From Candidatus Obscuribacteraceae bacterium (GTDB lineage: Bacteria; Cyanobacteriota; Vampirovibrionia; Obscuribacterales; Obscuribacteraceae), in the NCBI GenBank assembly GCA_044226015.1, contig JBGAHS010000007.1, positions 352,001-416,000 on the forward strand: a DNA stretch of 64,000 bases, given 5' to 3'. Below, in pieces: positions 40,401-52,400 of this stretch. Under the pieces are notes generated by a model. The model ran no database searches. It saw only the letters and a list, made by a program, of their open reading frames with translations, and was not told the DNA's origin. The translations under genes were made by a program, and so were the position numbers. The number at the start of each line of letters is the position of its first letter. The stretch's first letter is position 1.

Positions 40401-43400
40401 AAAGCTGGCGGTGCCTTAATCGTTGAAATGGGCAAGGGATCCAAGATAAGCGCGGCTAACAACCAGGGCATCAATTTCAATGGTGGCGTCGCCGGTGGAG
40501 GATCCATCTCTGTGACGGGTGCTGGTGACCTGAGTGCACCTGGTGCCAATGGACATGTAGGCGTAAATGGTGGCGCTAATGATGTCACCATCAATGTCAA
40601 CTCAGTCGACTGCTGCGTGATTGGTTTAGGGGCTTCAACAGGACCTATCGGTCAGCAAGCTCCTCTCGGCGGTGCTAACGTGTCCCTGACGGTAGCTACC
40701 GGTGATGCGAAGATCGGTGCTCTTGCAGCTAGTGGTAACGTAGATGTACTGACAAACTCGACCACAGGCAAAGCTGTAATCTGCGATAACGTTGTTGCTA
40801 CCGGTAAGCTGACAATGACTTCAGGTAATGCTGGCTCTACTGACATTACGGCTAACAAGTTCGTGAACGCTGGTTCTGTCCAAATCAATACACCAACTTT
40901 GAATGTGAATGGAACAGCTCAAATCAACTCAACTGTTGGAACCATCAATATAGATAGTAATGCTCCGGGAGCAAATCCCGCGGCACTGACAGTTAACCTT
41001 GGAAGTGGTTCTTCGATTAATGCGAAAACAGGACAGAGCGTCAACTTCAATGGTGGTGTCTCCGGTGGTGGTCAGATAACAGTCACTGGTCAAGGCAGCA
41101 TCACTGCCGGAGCTACTGGCCATGTTGGCGTAAATGGTGGTGACGATGCTGTCAGCATCAACGTCAAAGCTATTGACTGCTGCGTAATCGGTCTTGGTGC
41201 AACTTTGATCGGTCCGGTTGGTCAACAAGGTCCACTCGGCGGTAATTCAGTCGACATCACGGTGTCTAGTGGTAATGTTCAGGTAGGACCACTAGCCTCC
41301 AACACTACATTGAATGCGACTACTACCGACGCAAACGGCAAAGCTGTTGTTTGCGACAATATAGCTGCGAATGGCAAGATTACATTAACTTCGGGATCCA
41401 ATAGCTCAACGGATATTACTGCCAATAAGTTCGTCAACGGTTCCACCGTTCAGATCAATACACCGACATTGAATGTGAATGGAACTGCACAGATCAATGG
41501 CACCAGCGGTGGCGTAAATGTTGATAGCAATGCGGCTAGTAAGGCGTTGACCGTCAACATGGGTACTGACTCGCAGATTAAAGGTGCAAGCGGAACCTTT
41601 GTTGAATTCAATAAGAATGTTGCTGGTGGCGGAGCCATCACAGTGTCTGGACAAGGGAATCTATTGGCTGGTTCGAGCGGACACATCGGTGTTAACGGCG
41701 GCACTGGTGCTGTGAGCATCAATGTCAAATCGATTGATTGCTGTGTGATTGGTCTCGGTGCTGCGACAGGTCCAGTGGGAGCCCAAGCTCCTCTTGGTGG
41801 AGCAAGCGTCGCTGTGCAGGTAAGCAGCGGCAATGTTCAAGTCGGACCAATCGCTGCTGCAACTGGTGCTTTGTCTGCAGTAACAACCGATGCCAATGCG
41901 AATGCAATTGTTTGCGACAACTTATTTGCTGGTGGAGCGGTCACGCTGACATCAGGAAACAACGGATTCACAAGCGTGCCGTCGGGCAAGACAGTTACCG
42001 GTGGTTCTGTCCAAATCAACACGCCTGACCTGAAAGTTGATGGCAACATAAATTCAACAACGGGCAATGTTGCAGTTGATAGCAACAAAGCTGGCGGTGT
42101 CTTAATCGTTGAAATGGGCAAGGGATCCAAGATAAGCGCGGCTAACAACCAGGGCATCAATTTCAATGGTGGCGTTGCTGGTGGAGGATCCATCTCTGTG
42201 ACGGGTGCTGGTGACCTGAGTGCACCTGGTGCCAATGGACATGTAGGCGTAAATGGTGGCGCTAATGATGTCACCATCAATGTCAACTCAGTCGACTGCT
42301 GCGTGATTGGTTTAGGGGCTTCAACAGGACCTATCGGTCAGCAAGCTCCTCTCGGCGGTGCTAACGTGTCCCTGACGGTAGCTACCGGTGATGCGAAGAT
42401 CGGTGCTCTTGCAGCTAGTGGTAACGTAGATGTACTGACAAACTCGACCACAGGCAAAGCTGTAATCTGCGATAACGTTGTTGCTACCGGTAAGCTGACA
42501 ATGACTTCAGGTAATGCTGGCTCTACTGACATTACGGCTAACAAGTTCGTGAACGCTGGTTCTGTCCAAATCAATACACCAACTTTGAATGTGAATGGAA
42601 CAGCTCAAATCAACTCAAGTGTTGGAACGATCAATATAGATAGTAATGCTCCGGGAGCCAATCCCGCTGCCTTAACAGTGAACCTTGGAACTGGCTCATC
42701 GATTAACGCCAAAGCCGGTCAGAGCGTTAACTTTAATGGTGGCGTTTCTGGCGGCGGGCAGATCACCGTCTCTGGTCAGGGCAGCATCACTGCTGGCGCT
42801 GGCGGACTTGTCGGTGTCAACGGTGGTGACGATGCCGTAAGCATCAATGTGAGAGCAATTGATTGTTGCGTAGTTGGTCTGGGTGCAACATTGCTTGGAC
42901 CGGTAGGTCAGCAAGCACCACTCGGCGGAAGTTCTGTCGACATAAGCGTATCGAATGGAAATGTTCAGGTAGGACCACTGGCATCTAGTACTACGCTAAA
43001 TGCGACCACAACCGAAGCAAACGGCAAAGCGGTAGTTTGTGACAACATAGCTGCAACTGGCAAGATTACTTTGACTTCAGGCTCCAGTGGATCCTCAGAT
43101 ATAACTGCCAACAAGTTCGTCAATGGATCCACCGTTCAAATCAATACACCAACATTGAATTTGAACGGAACTGCGCAAATCAATGGCACCACTGGTGGTG
43201 TGAATGTTGACAGTAATGCCGCTAGTAAGGCTCTAAGCATCAACATGGGCACCGACTCACAGATAAAGGGTGCAAGTGGCACCTTCGTTGAATTCAACAA
43301 GAATGTTGCCGGTGGCGGAGCCATCACAGTAACTGGACAAGGACATCTCTTGGCTGGTTCAGGCGGACATATTGGCGTCAATGGTGGCACTGGTGCCGTC

Positions 43401-46400
43401 AGCATCAATGTGAAATCAATTGACTGCTGTGTGATCGGTCTCGGCGCTGCGACGGGTCCCGTGGGTGCTCAAGCGCCTCTCGGTGGAGCTAGTGTCGCTG
43501 TCCAGGTGAGCAGCGGTAATGTTCAAGTCGGACCAATCGCTGCTGCAACTGGTGCTTTGTCTGCAGTAACAACCGATGCCAATGCGAATGCAATTGTTTG
43601 CGATAACCTGGTTGCTGGTGGAGCGGTCACGCTGACATCAGGAAACAACGGATTCACAAGCGTGCCGTCGGGCAAGACAGTTACCGGTGGTTCTGTCCAA
43701 ATCAACACGCCTGACCTGAAAGTGGATGGCAATATCAACTCGACGACCGGAAATATTGCAGTTGATAGTAATAAAGCTGGTGGTGCATTAGTCGTAGAGA
43801 TGGGCAAGGGATCCAAGATAACCGCGGCTAACAACCAGGGCATCAATTTCAATGGTGGTGTAGCTGGTGGCGGATCCATCTCTGTGACGGGTGCTGGTGA
43901 CCTGAGTGCACCTGGTGCCAATGGACATGTAGGCGTAAATGGTGGCGCTAATGATGTCACCATCAATGTCAACTCAGTTGACTGCTGCGTGATTGGTCTG
44001 GGAGCGGCGACAGGACCTGTCGGTCAGCAAGCTCCACTGGGCGGAAAGAATGTTTCTTTGACGGTCGCAACGGGCGATGCGAAGCTTGGTGCGCTTGCAG
44101 CAAGTGGCAACATTGATATATTGACCAACTCGACTACAGGTAAAGCTGTGGTCTGCGACAACGTTGTTGCAAGCGGCAAGTTGACAATGACCTCGGGGAA
44201 CGCTGGTTCGACTGACATCACAGCGAATAAATTCGTTAATGCTGGTTCCGTTCAAATCAATACACCAACATTGAATGTTAACGGAACCGCGCAAATCAAC
44301 TCAACTGTTGGAACCATCAATATAGATAGCAATGCTCCGGGAGCAAATCCTGCAGCATTGACAGTTAACCTTGGAACTGGCTCATCCATCAATGCAAACC
44401 CCGGTCAGAGCGTTAACCTTAATGGTGGTGTTTCTGGCGGTGGGCAGATCACTGTCACTGGTCAGGGCAGCATCACTGCTGGCGCTGGCGGACATGTCGG
44501 TGTTAATGGCGGTGACGATGCCGTAAGCATTAACGTGAGAGCAATTGATTGTTGTGTAATTGGTCTGGGTGCAACATTGCTTGGACCGGTTGGTCAGCAA
44601 GCTCCACTCGGCGGAAGTTCTGTCGACATAACCGTATCGAATGGAAATGTTCAGGTAGGACCACTGGCATCTAGTACTACGCTAAATGCGACCACCACCG
44701 ATGCTAATGGCAAGGCAGTTGTTTGCGACAACATAGCTGCAACTGGCAAGATTACTTTGACTTCCGGCTCCAATGGAGCAACAGACATTACTGCCAACAA
44801 GTTCGTCAATGGATCCACCGTTCAAATCAATACACCAACATTGAATTTGAACGGAACTGCGCAAATCAATGGCACCACCGGTGGTGTGAATGTTGACAGT
44901 AATTCCGCTAGCAAGGCTCTAAGCGTCAACATGGGCACAGACTCACAGATCAAGGGTGCTAGCGGAACCTTTGTTGAATTCAACAAGAACGTGGCTGGTG
45001 GCGGAGCAATCACAGTAACTGGTCAAGGCAATTTGAGTGCCGGTAGCAGCGGGCACATTGGCGTCAATGGTGGCGCTGGTGCTGTCAGCATCGATGTGAA
45101 GTCGATTGATTGCTGTGTGATCGGTCTGGGCGCCGCTACGGGACCAGTCGGAGCTCAAGCTCCTCTCGGCGGAGCCAGTGTCGCAGTCCAAGTAAGCAGT
45201 GGCAATGTCCAAGTTGGACCGATTGCTGCGACAGGCGCACTTACTGCTACAACGACTGATGCAAACGGCAACGCGGTCGCATGCGACAACCTGGTCGCTG
45301 GAGGCACATTGACCATGACCTCCGGCAACAACGGCTCTCTGAGCGTACCTCTAGGCAAGACTTTGACCGGTGGCTCCATACAACTGACCACTCCGAACCT
45401 CAAGGTTGATGGAAGCATAATTTCCACTGTTGGTAACGTAAATGTTGACAGTAATAAGGCTGGTGGAACACTCATCGTAAACATGGGCACTGGCTCCAAG
45501 ATAACCGCAGCTAACAATCAAGGCATTAACTTCAATGGCAATGTCCCTGGCGGTGGTGCGATCAGCGTGACGGGCGGAGGTGACCTCAGCGCACCTGGTC
45601 CGAATGGTCACGTCGGGGTCAATGGTGGCGCTAATGATGTCACTATCAACGTCAATTCAGTTGACTGCTGTGTGATCGGTCTGGGAGCAGCAACAGGACC
45701 TGTCGGTCAGCAAGCTCCATTGGGCGGAAAAAATGTATCACTTACGGTCGCAGCCGGTGACGCAAAAATTGGTGCGCTTGCGGCAAGCGGAAATATTGAT
45801 GTCTTAACCAATTCAAGCACTGGCAAAGCCGTCGTGTGTGACAATGTTGTTGCTGCTGGCAATCTCACGATGACATCCGGTAACGCTGGTTCTACTGATA
45901 TCACTGCTAACAAGTTTGTGAATGCTGCTTCTGTTCAGATCAACACTCCAACATTGAATGTGAACGGAACCGCCCAGATCAACTCCACCGTCGGTGCCAT
46001 CAACATAGATAGCAATGCCCCGGGTGCGAATCCGTCTGCACTCACAGTCAATCTCGGCACTGGTTCATCCATTAATGCTAATCCTGGACAGAGCGTCAAC
46101 TTCAATGGAGGCGTTAAGGGCGGTGGTCAGATCACTGTCACTGGTCAAGGCAGCATAACTGCTGGAGCTGGTGGACACGTCGGAGTGAACGGTGGCGACG
46201 ATGCTGTGAGCATAAACGTAAGAGCCATTGATTGTTGCGTGATCGGCTTAGGTACCACGATGCTTGGACCTGTCGGTCAGCAGGCTCCGCTCGGAGGAAG
46301 TTCGGTAGACGTAACTGTATCCAGTGGTAATGTTCAGGTCGGACCACTAGCATCAAGTGGCGTTTTGAATGCCACCACTACAGATACAAATGGTAAAGCA

Positions 46401-49400
46401 GTTGTTTGCGATAACATCGCCGCAAATGGCAGCATTACGTTGACCTCTGGTTCGAACGGCTCTACAGACATTAGCGCCGACAAGTTTGTTAACGGTTCCA
46501 CTATTCAAATCAATACTCCGACCCTGAATGTCAACGGTAAGGCGCAAATCAATGCAAGCTCTGGTGGAGTGAATGTTGACAGCAACTCTGTTGGAGGCGC
46601 TCTAACTGTCAACCTTGGCACTGACTCTCAGATCAAGGGTGCTAGCGGAACCTTTGTTGAATTCAATAAGAACGTCCCAGCAGGTGGTGCAATCACTATA
46701 GCTGGTCAGGGCAATCTGAGTGCTGGTTCGACCGGGCACATAGGCGTCAATGGTGGCGCTGGTGCTGTGAGCATCAATGTCAAATCGATTGATTGCTGTG
46801 TGATCGGTCTCGGCGCTGCGACAGGTCCAGTGGGAGCACAAGCTCCTCTCGGTGGAGCAAGCGTCGCTGTCCAGGTAAGCAGCGGCAATGTTCAAATCGG
46901 ATCAATCGCAGCTGCGACAGGTGCACTATCCGCAGTCACAACTGATGCAAATGCGAATGCAATTGTATGCGACAACTTATTCGCTGGTGGAGCTGTGACG
47001 CTCACATCAGGAAACAATGGATTCACAAGCGTGCCATCGGGCAAAACTGTTACCGGTGGTTCCGTACAAATCAACACGCCAGATCTGAAAGTTGATGGCA
47101 ACATAAATTCAACAACGGGCAATATTGCAGTTGATAGCAATAAAGCTGGCGGTGCTTTAATCGTTGAAATGGGCAAGGGATCCAAGATAACCGCAGCTAA
47201 CAATCAAGGCATTAACTTCAATGGCAATGTCCCTGGCGGTGGTGCGATCAGCGTCACGGGCGGAGGTGACCTCAGCGCACCTGGTCCGAATGGTCACGTC
47301 GGGGTCAATGGTGGCGCTAATGATGTCACTATCAACGTCAATTCAGTTGACTGCTGTGTTATCGGTCTGGGTGCAGCAACAGGACCTGTCGGTCAGCAAG
47401 CTCCGTTTGGTGGCGCTAATGTATCACTGACAGTAGCGACTGGTGATGCGAAGCTTGGTGCACTGGCTGCAAGCGGTAACATCGATATATTGACCAACTC
47501 GACCACAGGCAAAGCCGTGGTCTGCGACAACGTTGTTGCCAGTGGCAAGTTGACAATGACCTCGGGCAACGCAGGTTCGACAGACATTACTGCTAACAAG
47601 TTTGTGAATGCTGGTTCTGTCCAAATCAATACACCAACGTTGAATGTGAATGGAACAGCGCAAATCAACTCAACTGTTGGGACCATCAATATAGATAGTA
47701 ATGCTCCGGGAGCAAATCCGGCTGCACTCACAGTCAATCTCGGCACTGGTTCATCCATTAATGCGAACCCTGGGCAGAGCGTCAACTTCAATGGTGGCGT
47801 AACTGGTGGTGGTCAGATTACAGTGACCGGTCAGGGTAGCATAACTGCTGGAGCTGGCGGACATGTCGGTGTCAACGGTGGTGACGATGCCGTAAGTATC
47901 AACGTGAGAGCAATTGATTGTTGTGTGATTGGTCTGGGTGCTACGTTGATTGGTCCTGTTGGTCAACAAGCTCCACTCGGCGGTAATTCAGTCGACATCA
48001 CGGTGTCTAGTGGTAATGTTCAGGTAGGACCACTAGCATCCAACACCACATTGAATGCCACCACCACCGATGCTAATGGTAAGGCAGTTGTATGCGATAA
48101 CATCGCAGCAATTGGCAATATTACATTGACTTCTGGTTCTAATGGCTCGACTGATATCACTGCAGACAAGTTCGTAAATGGCGCTGCGATTCAAATCAAT
48201 ACTCCTTCGCTGAACGTCAATGGCAAAGCACAAATCAATGCCAGTACTGGTGGTGTGAATGTTGACAGCAACGCCACCGGCGGTGCCTTGAGCGTCAACA
48301 TCGGTACTGACTCGCAGATCAAGGGTGCTAGCGGAACCTTTGTTGAATTCAATAAGAACGTCCCGGCAGGTGGTGCAATCACTGTATCTGGTCAGGGCAA
48401 TCTGAGTGCTGGTTCGACCGGACACATTGGTGTCAATGGAGGAGCCGGTGCGGTGAGCATTGATGTTAAGTCCATCGATTGCTGCGTCATCGGACTGGGT
48501 GCCGCTTCTGGTCCTGTAGGGCAGCAAGCTCCACTTGGTGGTTCATCCGTCGGGGTAAAAGTGTCTAGCGGAAATGTTCAACTTGGACCTATATCATCGA
48601 CTGGTAATATCAATGCGAGTACAACAGACAACAACGGTAATGCAGTCGCTTGTGGCAATATCGCCGCTGGTGGTGATGCCACGCTTACCTCTGGAAACAA
48701 TGGCTTCACTACAATTCCAACTAATACATTTATCAATGGAACAAATGTACAGATAACAACACCAGATTTGAAGCTGAACGGAACTGCGACCGTTAATTCA
48801 AATGGCGGCAACATAGCGATTGACAGCAATAAAGCTGGCGGCGCTTTGATTGTTGAAATGGGCAAGGGCTCATCCTTGAATGCTTCAACTGATAAGGCAG
48901 TCAATTTCAATGGTGGCGTAACTGGTGGCGGTCAGATTACTGTTACTGGACCTGGCAGCATAACCGCAGCTGGACCGAATGGTTCTGTCGGAGTCAACGG
49001 TGGCACAAGTCCTGTCTTGATTGATGTCACCACAGTAAACTGCTGCGTAAACGGTCTTGGTGCTGTTGACCCAGCTTCCGGTGCTCGGCTTGGTGGTTCG
49101 AAGATTGATTTGAAGGTCACTAGTGGGTCTACCGGAATAGGTGATCTTTATAGCCCTGGCGCTATTTCGGTAACTGACACTGACACCTCTGCAACCGTAA
49201 ATGTTTGCAAGAACGTCTCTGGTTCACAGGTGACTGTCACTTCTCCAAACGTGAATTTCCAACCTAACGCTACCTTATATACAACCGCTGGGGATGTTGT
49301 TTTACAAAGTAATGACCCCGTTGGTCATGTTCTCACACTTACTTTCGGCGATAAATCGGGCATCAATGCTGGCACAAACAATGTCAACTTGAACCCGACA

Positions 49401-52400
49401 AATCCTGGCAAAATCAGCACGGGAAGCACTGGAAAAGGTGACATCGTTGCAAAATCAGTGGGCGTGAATGGTGGTACGGACAGTGTCACTCTGGACGTTC
49501 ATAGTGCAGAATGCTGTATTGTCGGTCTGGGCGCTGTTGGCGGTCCGGCATCACTTCCACTTGGTGGTTCATCAGTCAGCATAACAGTCGCAACCGGTAA
49601 CACAGGGGTCGGACCTCTGTATTCTCCAGGCTCAGTTGCTGTTACAAACAACGACACAAGCTCAGGCAAGGGTAACGTCAATGTTTGTGGCAACGTAAAT
49701 GCCTCTGACATTTCCCTTACCGGCAAAGGTGTTGTGTTCACAGGACCGAACACCATATCTTCAACTACTGGTGGTGTCACACTTCAAGGAAATTCTAGCG
49801 CCGGTCTCGACATTACATTTGTTGCTGGCTCTGGCATTTCTGCACCGGGTCAGGCTGTTAACTTCAATCCGACACTGGCTGGTCCCATCACAACTCTCAG
49901 CAGTGGCGTCGGTGATATCAATGCTGGAAGCGTGGGCGTCAATGGTGGCAGCACCGGAGATGTGCTGCTCAACGTGAACACGATAAGCTGTTGTGTCTCG
50001 GGGCTCGGCGCGATGACTGGTGGTGCGCATCAAGCTTCACTTGGAGGTCAATCTGTCACAGTTCAGGTGAGCACGGGCAACGTCGGGTTGGGTGCTATCG
50101 CTAGTTCTACTGGCGGACTCAGTGCTTCGACCCTCGATTCCAAAGGAAATGCGAACGTTTGTGGAAATGTAATCGCTGGTGACAAGGTCAGCTTGACCTC
50201 AGGTGATAAGGGTTCTGTAAATGTTCCAACCGGAACCTTTGTAGATGGCAATTCGATTGCAGTAACCACTCCAACATTGAATTTGAATGGCAATGCTTCA
50301 ATGAACTCTACGGGCGGCATCATCAATGTTGATACCGTGAAGGGTGGAACACTCACCGTCAACATGGGTAGTGGCTCTTCGATTAATGGTGCGCAAAATC
50401 AGCCTGTTAATTTCAATCAGAACATTCCTGGTGGTGCCAAAATAACAATAGTTGGACCGGGTTCTATCTCGGGTGGTTCTGTTGGAGTAAATGGTGGCAA
50501 TGAAGCGGTCAACATAAACGTCACCAGCGTAAGCTGTTGCGTTAACGGATTAGGTCCAGCAGGACCTGGTGGAGCGCCGCTTGGTGGCAGTTCCATCACT
50601 CTGAATGTGAGTTCAGGAAGCACTGGTATCGGGGCATTGTACAGCCCCGGCGCCATCTCTGTTACTGACACAGATGTCCAAGCTGGTAACGTGAATATCT
50701 GCGGTAATGTAACTGGCAGCAAGGTCACACTAACAACTCCGACGGTGACCTTCACTGGTCCAAATACTATCGCTACTACGGGCGGTGACATAGTCATTCA
50801 AAGCAACGCAGCTAAGCAAAACCTGACGTTGAATTTTGCTCCAGGAAGTGGCTTATCCGCTCCAGATCACAAAGTCAACTTCAATCCACAGAAAGCTGGT
50901 CCAATAACCGCTGTCGGCGGAAATGGTGATATCAACGCCAAGAACGTTGGTGTCAACGGTGGACTCAGTGGAAATGTTGTGCTCGACATGAATTCAATCA
51001 ACTGTTGTGTTCGTGGATTGGGTCCGAGCAGACCGTCCGACGGTGGACCGCCTCTCGGTGGTCTCAACGTAACCATATCAGTACAAGTTGGCAACGTGTC
51101 TGTCGGTCCGATGTCTGCCGTTGGCGCTATCAAAGCCACCACTGCAGACCCGAATGGCAAAGTAATACAGTGCGGGAATGTAGTGCCATTCGCACCGGAA
51201 TCGCTGCCTCCTGTTGTGGGCAGCTCGAAAGTCACTAGCACAACTCAGCCTCAATTCAGCGTAGCGCTTGATACCAACTTCCCGTGGCTGGTTAATGGAT
51301 TGACCCAAAACGATTTGAGTAATAACCAGATTTACGAAGAAATGGTTTACCCTCTGGCTGACATTTATGTATGCGCTCCGAGAAAACTCTCAGTTAAGAA
51401 GAACTCTCAAACGCCAAATCTGGATGAATGGATCCTGGTTGTTAATGATAAACAGCCATTCAGTTTAACTACCGACGATGCTTTCGTGCTTGCAGAAGTT
51501 GGTGCTGAATTCAATTATTCCAGCCCTGGAGTGTTAGTGCAGAGAAGCGGTGCTCTTGCTCTCTTCAGTGGTAAGAGTGCTGTTTCAATCAAAGTTGGTG
51601 ATGGTACCTTCACTCTTGCACCAAACTCCGTTGTTCTTGTTAAAACTGACGGTAACAAGTTCAATGGAATTTGTGCCAAGGGAACAGCGACATTCTTCGC
51701 TCCTCAGCAAAAGCCAATTGCTATGACTGAGCTTGATCAGATAAGCGCTGCGCCTTCCAATGAGAATGGTCAAAATACACTATCTGTGGTGCCTGGAAAG
51801 GTTTCTGCTGCTGTGTTGGCAGGCAGTTCGTTGATGAAGAAAGAGACTTGTTGCGATCCAATACAAAAGAAAATGATTCGTGATGTGCGCAATGCCGTCG
51901 GTGGCGCAGGAGCAAGCAAGCCACAGCCAGGAAATATTTCGTATTTCCCATTGTTGTTGCCCACAACAGAAGCAAACACAGAGTCACCATTCAATAGCAT
52001 TGGATTTGAACAAAACCTCCAAGCCGCTTCAGTTGCAGGGTTGAGTTCTGTTCAAACCGTACTGGATAAGGACTTTGATATGTTTGCAGTTTCTTCTGCG
52101 AAATACTCCGTTCCAAATAAACAGCATGTTGATTTGCAAGAAGGTGAAATTGTTGTCGATTCTAAGAGCAGCACCACTGTCTCTGCTGGTGACTTGACTT
52201 TCACTTTGCAAAAAGGCACCACAGCGTCCTTCATCAAGAAGCAGAATGTGGTGGCCGTTAAGAACCTGTCAGACAACTGGACACTCAAGCCTTCTATCCA
52301 GGTGAAAGTGAACGGAAGACCGGCTGGAAGCGTGCTTATCGGTAACGAGGTAATCGTCAGTGCTAATAACGAATCGGTCAACAGATTCATCAGCTCAGAC

